In this document: in pieces, positions 47,601-58,820 of the stretch | Layout: each line of letters starts with the position of its first letter | How positions within the stretch are numbered: position 1 is the stretch's first letter | NCBI GenBank assembly: GCA_030141605.1 | Contig: JAQGDQ010000093.1 | Coordinates: 124,001 to 188,000, forward strand | Reading direction: 5' to 3' | Length of the DNA stretch: 64,000 nt | Source of the DNA: Tubiluchus corallicola | Lineage: Eukaryota > Animalia > Priapulida | Program-made: the position numbers and the translations under genes | The notes under the pieces: model-generated | What the model saw: the letters and a program-made list of their open reading frames with translations, nothing else | What the model was told of the DNA's origin: nothing | Database searches by the model: none

Positions 47601-50600
47601 ATGTTTTTTAGTGTGTAGCCTGCACCTCAACTTCAACATGGATTATCTCAGTTTAGATATAACATAGAGCAATGAGCTTGGTATCAAAATGATCCTCATG
47701 AAATAGAGATTCAGGATATGTGAATAACTAGAAAAGCTTAATTGACGACTTACGGACGATTTTGCTATGCAAGCACACATATTGTAAAGCCTTATGTGAA
47801 AAGTTTAACAAACTTATTTATACTCCAGGCTTGTATGTACATTTGAGATTAGAAAGTATTTACATAATTTACAATATATCATCGGAAAATTTTACATTGG
47901 TAAAAATGCATTATACTCTGTAAGATAACTAGTTTAAAGTATTAAAGTGCTGAGTATTGACTAATTTCTATGCAGGTCTTCTTAATATATCTCTGCAATA
48001 GCTGAAACAAGGAATGTTTTGATTGTAAATTAGTTGAGGATTATCAGATAAGATGGTTAATGTTTTATCCTGTGAATTGAGATTGTTGAAATTAACAGAT
48101 ATTGTATTATAAGTAAATAAATGTATGTTTGCATAGCAAAATCATCCGAAAGTCAGCACATAGCATGATGATCTCTGAAAAGGCCAAAGGTTAAGTGACA
48201 CTTGACAACGCCTCACAGCCCATACTGTTGTGATACTAACAATTTTAACAGCTAGCTAGAACCTTACCTAGTTCATTTTTTCTTATTTCCAAGCAAGATC
48301 CTGCTAGTAAATCATACTACGCACAGACTAATGCATGACTAACTAACGTAAACCAAACTGAAGTTACTGAACTGATGCGGCAGACCCACTTTGCTTTACC
48401 CACGTCACGTGGCGCTTCTAGCTAAGACGCGTTGTTGTGGTACACTTAAATTTTGACCTACAGCAACTGGCGTGCACACAACGAAACTGTGAAAAGGCTT
48501 ATTGAGTGGTTTTGTTGCTGCTACTAGTGTTACTGCTCGTTTCTGATCATTGATTTTTGTTACGTTACTCAGGTCTCTGAAACGAGCAAATATGGTCATG
48601 GAAGCAGTCAGACAAGCAAAGCTTATTGAGAATATAGTCACCTTGAAAAAGGTAAGTTGAACTTTTCTCTATAGGAATGGGTAATATGGGTGAGCTTTCT
48701 GTATCAGAAAGTAAATTCGAATCTAATAAAATTTTTGATTTTCAAACTCGAATTTAATCAATTTTAAGATTTCGAATCCAAATCAAAATCAGTTTCAGTT
48801 TTAACGTTTTTTGTATAAATTTTTGAAGCATAAATAAAAAACATTTTCAAAGAACTGTATAGTGTGAACGCCTGTGCGAGTTACTCTCGACACTTCTTGC
48901 AGTGAATAGAGAAGAGAGTGCTAGCTCACACTTACTTTCGGGAGTAATTCGCAGCAAGTTTTGCTTTCTAGTCTGAACACGCTTTCGCATTACTTTGCGA
49001 GTTACCCTTACCTGAACGTGCCATGCCGTAAGGTGTTTTCTTTTTTATTTGGTTTATGATGAACACAGCTAATTTGAAAGTTATCTGATTAAATATGTAA
49101 TTACACTCATATCTCAGTTTCCAGAACGAAAGCGGGGAGATGTTGGTCCGAATTTGCTGATTGTCCGTATTTACCGATACTAAAGTAATACAGTAGGTGC
49201 TGTGTATCAGACTCATAGTAATGTAGAATTAATCAGCTAATTCTCTAAAAAACGTCTAGCATGGGCCACGCCTATGCAAAAGTGTATAAAAACTGTCTGC
49301 AATTGCCTGAAATATCTCTGCGTAATTGACTCTACACCATACGCTGATGTTTAAGTTACACACGTGTCGTTACACGCTGTTTGGATGTAAACATAGTGAC
49401 CGGCCACCAACTAGTGGTCAGCTCGCGAAATAACAGACTGTGTCCATAGTATGCGGGACTTTTTACCGTCCAGATTTTGTCCGAATTTTCTGATATCTGT
49501 AAGAGCAAGGTCCAGCGGCCGAGATATGAGTGTATGTAATACTTTCATTCCTGATTTTTTCTTCCTTCCCAGATGATCATAGAGGAGGAGGAAAGGGAAG
49601 GATATCCCTGTCTCATGGACAGGAAGTCATTAATGAGAATCATTAGTAAGCTGGTCGCTGATGGTTCCATTAAACTTTTTAAAACCAAAATACAAATTGG
49701 CGATGAAGAGAAAATGGTGAGTACGATGACAGCCAAGTTAGTGAAAAAATATATTAAAGTCAAGAATGGCTGACATGAAGATCCTGTGTGGTCTCTGTTT
49801 ACTTTGACAGTGATAGTAAACTGATAATGTTGCATGTAGTGTGTTCACATACTGAAGGCAGCTTATTTAAAGGACAAGACAACACTATTCTTAATAAACT
49901 GATACACCTAGTGTGTTCACATACTGAAGGCAGCTTATTTAAAGGACAAGACAACACTATCCTTAATAAACGGATACACCTAGTGTGTTCACATACTGAA
50001 GGCAACTTATTTAAAGGACAAGACAACGCTATCCTTAATAAACTGATACACCTAGTGTGTTCACATACTGAAGGCAACTTATTTAAAGGACAAGACAACG
50101 CTATCCTTAATAAACTGATACACCTAGTGTGTTCACATATTGAAGGCAGCTTATTTAAAGGACAAAACAACACTATTCTTAATAAACTGATACATATAGT
50201 GTGTTCACATACTGAAGGCAACTTATTTAAAGGACAAGACAACATTATTCCTAATAAACTGATGCATATACTGTGTTTATATATGGAAGGCAGCTTATTT
50301 AAAGGACAAAACAATGCTATCCTTCTATAAAGCTAAAAAATTCATCTTAAGCTTTTGCATCACTTACTTGCTGTGCTGTCTTATTGCACACAGAGCTTGT
50401 ATTAGCTATAACACTGTATAGAGCTTGAAATTTTAATTCCCTCAATGACCATTAGGCACAGCCATTTTGACGATAAGTCGTTTCGAAACAAGTTTGGATG
50501 ACATTGCTCAAAGTTTGAAAAAATAATCTGAGCATTCGTAATGCACTCTTCATTATTAATGCAAAAGTATAAATTATTTTATATTGCCTGTCAGATCAAT

Positions 50601-52039
50601 AAGGTGTTTTTTGGTGAACCAATCGTGTACATTGGGATAGTAATACAGTGACTTTTTACCAATCGGTGAGAACATTTTAAATTATTAAGAAGTTTCTTTT
50701 CCAATGACGTAAGTCATTTCAGATTCAGTTCATCTGTGATGCCTCGCTGAATTCAAATGATACGATTGTTCGGAGCGCCATTGAACAAGCTAAACTCCGA
50801 TATTCTACGCTCGGCGGTTTAAAAATGGTAAGCGTTGAGTTTCATTTAATATTGTAAAACTAAAACTAGGTATTTTATTTAATGCAAAGCAAAGTACATC
50901 CGCTACTGTCACGAACAAACCTGTTGAAATAGCCTAGCAGTATACGACAGTTCAAAATCAGGTCAAGAATTAGAATAAATTATTTATCATCATTAATTTA
51001 CTTTTATCATCCGTCGTTATTACCGTTCACGATCTGTTAATTTATTTTACGAGTGTTTAGGTAAAAGTGGAACAAAATCAGTCTGCTGCTACGGCAACGG
51101 AAAGCGAACAACTGCTCCGAGGCGACTTGACGAAGGAAGAGGAGCGAGACTTGGCATCAAGGCTGAAGCTGAATTCTGTAAGTTTATGAAAAAGTGGATG
51201 AACAGTTTTGAAAAAAAATTAATCGAAAGACGACCAGAATGGTCTGTAATACAGTTAGAGGGGTTTTTCTTTCGTTGCTTATTGGTTGTCAAATGATACA
51301 CGAATACGAATAGAAATACAAATGTAAATACTAATACAAGTACTAATACTAATACAAATACTAATACTAATACAAGTACTAATACAAATACTAATACAAA
51401 TACAAATGTCAATACTAATATAAGTACAAATACTAGTACAAATGCAACTACTAATACAAGTACAAATATAAATACTAATACAAATACAAATAATAATACA
51501 AGTACTAATACAAATACTAATACAAATACGATGCACTAGTTTGTTACCACATGCTCTCAAATTTCGCTACTATCCTGATATTAAAAAATGGCTTCTACAA
51601 TCAAACCTTGCTATAAACACCCCCCTTTATAGTGCCAACCTCGCTTAAATGCCCAAACCTTTAACAAAGAATACCTATATTTGCATAGACATGATGGCAA
51701 ACTCGCTATAGCCCCAGAAATAAGCCGTGTAAATAGATTTGACTATACTTTAATGATTTGCTGTCTCTTGACTTGTGGTACGTTATTCTTGAAATATTAA
51801 AACTTATCATACGTGCAAGGTGTAAATGTGCTAATTTTGCATATTCAGTTTGAAACTAGGAGACTGTTTTCAGTAACTCTCCCTCTTGGATAGTAATATA
51901 GTCATTAATTCCCATCTGTACATGTCTGTACACTACACACCTCTATATAGTCTGATAAAGTACTGCCTCTTCCACACACATCTGTACATTGCACACTTCT
52001 ATGTAAATGTGTTAAAACATCATTTCTTTGTATTGTTTG

Positions 52040-52086
<47 letters not shown>

Positions 52087-55000
52087 ACACCCGTTATAAC
52101 TTTTCCTACTGTCAGTCAAATATTATTAGTTAATATTTTTACTACTAATTCTGGTGGCTCCATAGGTCCCCAGCGCCAAATGTAATTTCGTTATTATGAT
52201 ATAAAAGCATTAATTCTCTTTAACTTGATGCAGTGATGTAATAAAAGTATTCGTTTATTTTGCGGAATAAATTAATTTAATCAAAAAATCGAATAGAAAA
52301 ATTAAGTCTGATTTTTTAAAAAACACCATACATTCAATTGAATGTCATTAACTATGTTTAAGATAGATCTATTTTGACTTTTTTCCTAGACCATCACCAT
52401 GCATTACGGTCTCCTGCCTAAGATGATGCAGGCGCAAGTGCTTCATCATCTGTTGTTTTACCTTATTTATGGATACGAGGGCGTGATTGATGAAAATGGG
52501 GGTCCAGGTGCGTTTTGTGAAGTTCCGGTTGAAGAGCAGGAAGTCAATCACGATCCAGGTACCACATTTCACAAATTTTCAAAAATAATGTTTAATGAAG
52601 AAATAGTTTTTAACCATTGTTCCTATTGTTGTTATCTTAGTTTTTAACTATTGTTCCTATTGTTGTTATCTTAGTTTTTAACTATTGTTCCCATTGTTGT
52701 TATCTTAGTTTTTAACTATTGTTCCCATTGTTGTTATCTTAGTTTTTAACCATTGTTCCTATTGTTGTTATCTTAGTTTTTAACCAGTTCCCATTGTTGT
52801 TATTTTAGTTTTTAGCCATTGTTCCTATTGTTGTTATCTTAGTTTTTAACCATTGTTCCTATTGTTGTTATCTTAGTTTTTAATCATTGTTCCCATTGTT
52901 GTTATTTTAGTTTTTAACTATTGTTCCCATTGTTATCTTAGTTTTTAACTATTGTTCCCATTGTTGTTATCTTAGTTTTTAACCATTGATCCCATTGTTG
53001 TTATTTTAGTTTTTCATTATTATTCCCATTGTTATCGTAGTTTTCACTTTTGTTCCCATTGGCGTTTCTAGCTAAGATGCATTGCTGTAGTACACTTAAC
53101 CTTTGACCTACACCAACTGTCCGTGCACACAATGAAACTGTGAAAAGGCTTATTGCTACCGTATATTTTTATGCTTTCAGCTGATCCTTTACAGGCCACT
53201 GTGGTCAAAGCTTATTGTCCACGCATTTGCGAGGAAATGTTCGTTCCTCCGCTGCCTCTTCACGGTGGTAAGTTGCTTAATTCAATTCGCTTCTTTACAT
53301 TTGCTGCATCACTGACAGCCACCTGCACTCACCATGACCGAGTGGGCATATTATAAAGTTAGTGTGCAAAGTTAAGCAGCGTGAGGCCTAGTTAACAAGT
53401 AGATTGGTGACCACCAAGCATCATCCTGTAAAATTGGCTTTGGCATGTCACACATTTCATTTGCGATTCTTAATTAAAAATACTACAATAATAATTTAAT
53501 ATGTGCTGCCACCTACATTTAAAATTATTTATTATTTGAGTGAGTCAAGTTTCTCCAGGTTGTGGCCTTGCTCAATGCTGCTCAGTCACCTGTACCTGCT
53601 GGGCTTCCCATGTATGGCAGTGCTGATTGCTAGTGTTTTACTAGCCAATCAGGTGAGCTCAGTGTGTGCATGTGACTTTGGTAGCTCTGCCTGTTTTTTC
53701 TTCTTGAGCACTGCTGTTGAATGTTTTCACCATTTTCTTCTTTCCTGTAAATAATAGTGTAATACATAAATAGAAAGAAAGTCTTTCACAGTTCAACACA
53801 ATTTCATAGTTTTGTTTCAACCACCAGAGTGAACCAGTCTACAGCAGTCCACACTAACTTCAGTCTATCATAGTTCAACACAATTTCATATTCGTTGTTT
53901 CAACCACTAGAGTGAACCAGTCTACAACAGTCTACAGTCTACACTAACTTCAGTCTTTCACAGTTCAACACAATTTCATAGTTTTGTTTCAACCACCAGA
54001 GTGAACCAGTCTACAACAGTCCACACTAACTTCAGTTTAATATACTTCAAGCTTTCTACAAATTCAATACTTCTAAGCTGTCAGCTAAAAGCTTCTACAA
54101 TTGGTTCCTTCTATGCAGTCAGTTACAAAGGTTTCTACACGATTAAATTCATACTTTGTGTGAATTGAACGAGTGAATTCAACTAATCATTTTCAACCAC
54201 TCACTTTCTATTTTAAACACAAAAGTCCCCAAAAGTGCCAAGCATCGTTATATAGCTCTCTACGAATTCAGTCTCTATGCTGTTAGCAGAATGTTTTCTA
54301 CATAACATGTGATATTCATTAATAAATTAGTAAAAATCATTTGCTTATAATTAGAATGCAGTATCATGCAATTGTCATCATCATCTGCTCAAAGAATTTT
54401 TCCTATTGATACAAAACTTAATTAAAGAATCGATCAGATCTCTCTAGCTTGATTAACTTCTCTGATTCATTTGCCCGAACATTATTAACATTATACATCA
54501 TCTCACTACTTACTTACATTTCCTGAATAAGTTAGTTGTTAACAGATTACGGGATTCGCGTTTTCTGTTGCCATAGAATGCTGATTTTTGTGAAAATTTA
54601 GTTCTTGTTTATTTCACATTGAGTAAAATAATGTGCAAATTTTGTACTATTTAGTTTTTTGTTTCAAAGTTTTTTCCAAAGTTGTTACAGTTTTTTGGGA
54701 TAATTTCATGTTCAACGTCAATTTCATTTAATAATGCATTGAACACCCCTTTTGCATTAAAGATGTTAATTTCTCTTGAAGCCAAGTTATGCATCTGACC
54801 AGCATGGAAGCAATCTTCGCTGCTCTTTCACTAGTCTGGTTAGTTTCATCCATGACAGTGTAAACTCTGTTTTCTCGTTGTTTTAAAAACTATTTCATGT
54901 AATTTGCAACTAAAAGTATAGTTTTTCTTATGCGCCACTGCATTGTTTCGTGAATGGATGTCAAAAGAGTTATAGACTCTTTGGCCTCTGCATCTGCTGG

Positions 55001-58000
55001 CACCGATCCAACCTAGGTAGTCTTAGTCCTTGTCGGTGAGGTACCGCCTACAGTTCATTGGTGTCAGAAGTGGGATGATGCAATGAGCTCAGCCTGCAGT
55101 TCAGTATATTTAATTTCTATTCAGCCGTCTTGGCGCATATAAAATTAAAATTTGTATTTCTGTTTTAATATTTTCAGATTATGGGGAAGGCTGGTGTCTC
55201 ATCACCGATTTGCTGCTGTCGTTGCCACTTTCAGTATTTCTCCAACTTGTTCGAACACCTTATGTGGTGAGTTACTGATATGGCTAAATTTTTGGCTTGT
55301 AGTCTTTCTCCACTAATCTACTTCTATTATGCATGTAGCTTATACTTGTTTATCTGTGCTAACAGTAACCACACAGATTGTTGAAAATGCGGTTGATCCA
55401 AAATGCATATGTGTGCTTGCACAGTAAAATCGTCAGCAATTAGGCCTTTCTAGTTATTCACACAAACTGAATCTGCATTTCTTGAGGACAATTTTTTATA
55501 CCCAAGTTCGCTCTATGTTATTTCTAAGCTGAGATAATCTACATTGAAGTTGACATGCAGGCTACACACTGAAAAACGTAACCTTGAGAAAATCACTATT
55601 AAAGTCAGTCATTGTTTTTTGTCTCGTTTCTACAAAACACTTAGCAACCGCACAAATGTTGGTTGCTATGGATTTTACAAAAGCACATTGAAGTTATGTT
55701 TAAATCCAGTAGATGGCTTTTCCAGACAAAGATCTGGGCTTGGCAACAGAAAAAAACCAAAGCAAAATGACTGCTTCCGTGAGCTACTATTGGAGTTTGA
55801 AAAAAGGAGTTTTTTGCAATTGCAGTACTAGTTTCTAGTCAGAAAAGTGGATAAGGAGTTTCTGCTTTTCAGATAGATGGGCTCGACGCTTACTTGAAGC
55901 ACCCGGTTCAACGCTATCAACTCGTGCGGGATCTCCCAAGATCAATCAGGGCACAGCTTCTGTATAAGAGAAAGTATGTCTTCTCTATTTATAACACGCT
56001 GTCCCGTATTGCTCTAATGGGTTTGTTGACATTTGGACCTCAACAGCTAAAATCCAAAGAACAGGTAAATGTTTTCCCAATATAGGAAATCTTTTTTTAC
56101 TTGTGTCACTGTCATTGCTACTGCTGTTTTCATTACCTTTGCTAAGGAAATTATGCTTTCATTACCATTTGTCTCTCTTTTAACAGAATTATGGAGAAAC
56201 TACTTACCCAAAACGTTGTGGAGTAATGGAGCCGCAAAACTTGGTGGAGTGATGTGGCATTATTGTTTTTATTTTGGCAATAATGCAAAAAAAACAATTT
56301 TTGTTTATTAATTATAGCTTTGTGTGTCTAAATTCTAAGACGTCATAAACTAACAGATGGGCAGTGCAGAAAGATTGCAAAAAGCAAAAGTAATGAGATG
56401 ATGTCAAAACATTTGATGACATTGTAACTTAACTGATTGTGTAAATTGCATTCCAGGTGGCCTTGGATGACACTGAGTACCCTTCTAAGTTATCAGTTTG
56501 ATCTAGATTTGATATTTACTTTCTAAAGACTTAGTTTACTTTTTAAGTTTTTCTTATTCATCCGGAGCTTAACGAGCTTTCGTTTACCTTTCAGTGTTTT
56601 ATTTACTTGCATCGGAGAGCGTCGATGATCGACACAACAATCTCGCAGGTCCATTATTACCTCACTACAGAAGGGTTACCGTATGAGCGGCACGAGTACA
56701 CGTTCGACAGCATGTCAGATGTGGAAAACTACTGGACTGACCTCTGTTGGTGCTGTCACAACACTCCATTAGGTATTCTTTGTTCATGTCTGTCTATTTA
56801 TACACTTGTACAGTCTCTGCAATCGGCAAGAGTTGAACAGTTCAGAGCCTAGTTAATAAATGGATGAGTGACTGGCAGGGAAATTGCCCTTGCTTGCACA
56901 AGTTCTACAAATGTTGAACACTACAGAGCCTTGTTAGTAACTGGACGAGTGACTGCCAGTAAAACTGTCTTTGCTTATCAATTTCTGTGGTCTTCTGGTG
57001 TCTGTCCTTGCATATAATAGTTGAACATTACGGAGTCTAGTTAGTAAATGAGATGGGTGACTAGCAGTAAAATTCCTTCTGAGTGATTTTTTTTGCCAAA
57101 CTACCTCTGGCTATTACTGGAATGAGCATCCCAATGTGGCTAGGATATCTCTGTTAATTTAGTGAGTGATCTTACAGAATTAGAGTCCAGTCCTACCTCA
57201 ACTGTTTAACACTGATAGTAGACCTTGCTGTTGTGTGATGGCTTTCAACTCAGTGCATCGTACTATATATGAAACAGCACAAGTTTCAGTTCGATGATGA
57301 CATGCAACACCATCAGATCATGCCAACGGAAGTCTCTTTCATAATGTATGAAGATGTGCTTTTTATGCACACCCTATATATAAAATAGTTTGGTATGATG
57401 AGGGTGTTTTAGGAAATGCAAGACTACGCAATTGTGCTTGTCTGGATGCAGTTTATTTTCACGGCAGTCTCATAAACCTTTCGTCCCTGATATCCTATTG
57501 TTAGTAATCTCCATACAAACTGAAAATGATAATGATACTAGGACACTGTCATTGTGCAAGTTTGTGTCATACGAACATTGTGTCAGTGGGGTGCAATGAA
57601 AAAGCTCTTCCCTTACGCTGAAGATGAGGATTCTGACAACAGCTGCTTCTGTTCTTGGACAGTGGTTTACTATGCCAATATTAGAAGACCTTCGATTTAA
57701 TCTCAACGAATATTTCACCTAAACATAAGTTTCTAATGTCACTTACATCACAAAGCTTGAAGGGCAGTTGGAGATGTTTCAGTCTATGTTGAAATTTACA
57801 CATGACTAGCAGTGGCGGCTTGTGTATAGGTATTGTGGAAATGCAGCACCCAATATTTTGACTCAATATTTTTGATAATATTCAATGCAATGAGTCCTTT
57901 TTCTTTGTTCTTTTTCTATACTTGTACAGAATACGGAACCAGAGCACTCGGGGGTAGTACTGTTTGCTTCACAGCCCAGCACAGTGAGCTTCAGCAACGT

Positions 58001-58820
58001 CGTCTTTGGCTGTTGCGCACATGTCTCAACCCAGGTAGAGGATGTACTGTCGCTCACCCAGTTTGTTGTCAGTTGTCACATGCTTGCCATGAATGGACCA
58101 AGCTTGAATTGTGACAATTAGTCCATTAGTAAGCAAAAAATTTTTTGACCAGGATTTTATCAAGTTTATGTATAAACTTTCGTATGTTTGTTTTGTTTTA
58201 CACAGTATTTCAACAATGGCTAAAAATTTTCTGAAGCAGCACACCCAGTAATTTTGGCTTAGAGCTGCCACTGATTATTAGTTACCAGTTTTCAATATGA
58301 TGAGGTCAGATGCATCAACAGAATGCTTCAACTAATGTGTGAGGTTCTCTGTCAGGATGATTATGAGGCTAACTAGATGCCACATTGCTGACCATAAAAA
58401 CTTCGATGCAGTGTGCCTTATCGACAGCTACAAAAACTTGCCCCTACTTCTTGTCTACAGTCACTTATCCAGTTACTACTATTGAATCAAAGATAAGGCT
58501 TGATTAACTTTGTAAAATAGTTTGATAGCATGATTTGTTTTAACTATTTTAAAGCAGCTACATAATTAACTAACAAAAATGTGTTTGTTTTTGCTTTAAT
58601 TACTCGCGTTTTTCTCAAAAGAGTTTTTTACTTGTAACTCAGGATTGAACAGACATAGTCGTGGTGATCTGGACAACACGGCTAGCGGTTTCCGTGCTCC
58701 GCAGAAACAAGCCATTCTTCTAGAATCACTCAAGAACAAGTATAAGGGCACCATTGAAGACATTGGAGTCATACCCGGAGACAACCGTGGAGCGGCCGGA
58801 CTTGACTCTTCCATGTTTGC
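31007..58820 (+). CDS. GTF3C1: General transcription factor 3C polypeptide 1 (TFIIIC B-box-binding subunit), N-terminal ~941 aa in 21 coding exons; appears to continue beyond the right edge
   Basis: Exon chain 31007-31061, 32837-33045, 35271-35428, 37815-37940, 39262-39382, 40322-40495, 41341-41448, 42479-42590, 43692-43908, 46335-46468, 46938-47061, 48573-48651, 49573-49716, 50723-50827, 51061-51177, 52390-52507, 53181-53267, 55178-55266, 55873-56064, 56595-56772, 58643-58820; all phases consistent. Motifs DEIALEGLDGIT, IIERIGRSR, EEGRQR, VRSAIEQ, QLLYKRKYVFS, MGLLTFGP and IPGDNRGAAGLDSS match human GTF3C1 as recalled. Confidence 0.95.
31500..31850 (-). mobile_element. CR1/L2-clade LINE 3' fragment (RT ORF C-terminus), decayed
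   Basis: RATRMVPQMKELPYEERLKALQLFS..DMIEVYK, followed by FFSLRVVDHWNNLP-type motif. Confidence 0.8.
32440..32640. repeat. (GA)n/(TA)n microsatellite
   Basis: Direct reading of the sequence. Confidence 0.95.
32837..33045 (+). CDS. GTF3C1: GTF3C1 coding exon 2
   Basis: ITIDTLWQRLENRQDFPLPLD...FFTLPEPRPPL. Confidence 0.92.
33140..34636 (-). mobile_element. MITE family A, two fragments (33140-33330 and ~34200-34636), possibly one copy interrupted by ~0.9 kb of other sequence
   Basis: One terminus at 33140 and the other at 34636; the fragments are colinear with the intact element. Confidence 0.65.
34856..34919. repeat. Perfect 64-bp palindrome centred on (TA)n
   Basis: CGAGAATATCGAAACATAAGCAAG-(TA)n-CTTGCTTATGTTTCGATATTCTCG. 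Confidence 0.92.
34975..35190. repeat. (GTT/GCT/GTG)n trinucleotide microsatellite
   Basis: Direct reading; source of the poly-V/C/L/T ORFs in the track. Confidence 0.95.
35271..35428 (+). CDS. GTF3C1: GTF3C1 coding exon 3
   Basis: ADPPEDVYPIKLINDKMYGIKGSCASYFDRSDVT. Confidence 0.92.
36600..37200 (+). repeat. Interspersed repeat family B
   Basis: Begins AAAAACGGACCCAATCTTAAACTGTAGGTCAAA; colinear with the other two copies. Confidence 0.8.
37815..37940 (+). CDS. GTF3C1: GTF3C1 coding exon 4 (probable GC donor)
   Basis: FGEKLVIVARQEVRE...LSYAIIERIG; ends CAG|GCTAGT. Confidence 0.88.
38202..38900 (+). mobile_element. MITE family A, partial/interrupted
   Basis: Terminus at ~38202 and body at 38490-38900. 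Confidence 0.7.
39262..39382 (+). CDS. GTF3C1: GTF3C1 coding exon 5
   Basis: SRSLGEV...PKSMFYYLKVALRQGIVTKQ. Confidence 0.9.
40322..40495 (+). CDS. GTF3C1: GTF3C1 coding exon 6
   Basis: LFHLKRFYVERKSRSEILLQRLCEIL...VREKM. Confidence 0.9.
40476..40633 (+). repeat. Tandem triplication (54/53 bp) spanning the GTF3C1 exon 6 donor
   Basis: GCACAGTRCRAGAAAAAATGGTCGGTTT.. x3. Confidence 0.92.
41341..41448 (+). CDS. GTF3C1: GTF3C1 coding exon 7
   Basis: GLDVNSLKRIYQ...YRTIYPNADESE; TAG/GTGAGT borders. Confidence 0.85.
41478..42035 (+). repeat. Interspersed repeat family B
   Basis: Colinear with 36600-37200. Confidence 0.8.
42479..42590 (+). CDS. GTF3C1: GTF3C1 coding exon 8
   Basis: WKLTNGKEKQLRMLVLMQRY...EEEDEDE. 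Confidence 0.87.
43692..43908 (+). CDS. GTF3C1: GTF3C1 coding exon 9
   Basis: EDSLASQAYQRVSMAGPGGVS...KLDSRALARYLER...EEGRQRIG. Confidence 0.92.
44131..44779 (-). mobile_element. MITE family A, full-length, inserted in a hAT-like MITE
   Basis: Both TIRs present; AATT TSD; the empty site is visible in the uninterrupted host copy at ~60305. Confidence 0.88.
46335..46468 (+). CDS. GTF3C1: GTF3C1 coding exon 10
   Basis: YISKKFQNSSGPMEEFEQERQR. Confidence 0.85.
46938..47061 (+). CDS. GTF3C1: GTF3C1 coding exon 11
   Basis: LQGTSQTTEH...ENPALTY; phases 1 to 2. Confidence 0.82.
47110..47778 (-). mobile_element. MITE family A, full-length
   Basis: Both TIRs present; ATAT TSD. Confidence 0.88.
48573..48651 (+). 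CDS. GTF3C1: GTF3C1 coding exon 12
   Basis: SLKRANMVMEAVRQAKLIENIVTLKK. Confidence 0.9.
49573..49716 (+). CDS. GTF3C1: GTF3C1 coding exon 13
   Basis: MIIEEEEREGYPCLMDRKSLMRIISKLVADGSIKLF. Confidence 0.92.
49818..50330. repeat. Minisatellite, 63-bp unit, ~8 copies
   Basis: TAGTGTGTTCACATACTGAAGGCARCTTATTTAAAGGACAAGACAAC... head-to-tail. Confidence 0.95.
50723..50827 (+). CDS. GTF3C1: GTF3C1 coding exon 14
   Basis: IQFICDASLNSNDTIVRSAIEQAKLR. Confidence 0.9.
51061..51177 (+). CDS. GTF3C1: GTF3C1 coding exon 15
   Basis: Open frame VKVEQNQS...RLKLNS with TAG/GTAAGT borders; low conservation. Confidence 0.75.
51296..51528. repeat. (AATACT/AATACA)n hexanucleotide microsatellite
   Basis: Direct reading of the sequence. 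Confidence 0.95.
52390..52507 (+). CDS. GTF3C1: GTF3C1 coding exon 16 (3' end may instead be 52558)
   Basis: HYGLLPKMMQAQVLHHLLFYLIYGY; two in-phase CCAG|GT donors. Confidence 0.85.
52603..53060. repeat. Minisatellite, ~34-bp unit, ~13 copies
   Basis: TAGTTTTTAACYATTGTTCCYATTGTTGTTATCT head-to-tail. Confidence 0.95.
53181..53267 (+). CDS. GTF3C1: GTF3C1 coding exon 17
   Basis: DPLQATVVKAY...MFVPPLPLHG. Confidence 0.87.
53780..54036. repeat. Tandem repeat, ~80-bp unit, 3 copies
   Basis: CAGTTCAACACAATTTCATA...CAACCACCAGAGTGAACCAGTCTACA...CACTAACTTCAGT. Confidence 0.9.
55178..55266 (+). CDS. GTF3C1: GTF3C1 coding exon 18
   Basis: YGEGWCLITDLLLSLPLSVFLQLV. Confidence 0.93.
55411..55860 (+). 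mobile_element. MITE family A, truncated just upstream of GTF3C1 exon 19
   Basis: Colinear similarity to the intact copies. Confidence 0.8.
55873..56064 (+). CDS. GTF3C1: GTF3C1 coding exon 19
   Basis: IDGLDAYLKHP...LPRSIRAQLLYKRKYVFS...MGLLTFGP. Confidence 0.94.
56595..56772 (+). CDS. GTF3C1: GTF3C1 coding exon 20
   Basis: FIYLHRRASMIDTT...DVENYWTDLCWCCHNTPL. Confidence 0.93.
57810..58273. mobile_element. hAT-like MITE (CAGTGGCGGCT termini)
   Basis: TIR CAGTGGCGGCT / AGCTGCCACTG; degenerate 8-bp TSD ATGACTAG/ATTATTAG; related copies at 17880-18426 (inverted) and ~46530-46790. Confidence 0.78.
58643..58820 (+). CDS. GTF3C1: GTF3C1 coding exon 21
   Basis: IEDIGVIPGDNRGAAGLDSSMF; GTGAGT donor, no stop. 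Confidence 0.92.

Noticed and set aside
44181-47639. Recurring ORFs of the type MKLRCRLHTEKHNLEKI...
   Set aside because: Translations of non-coding MITE family A with variable stops and frameshifts between copies; no transposase motifs.
49788-50330. 180-aa and 171-aa repetitive ORFs on both strands
   Set aside because: By-product of a stop-free 63-bp (21-codon) minisatellite; GTF3C1 exons 13 and 14 join seamlessly without it.
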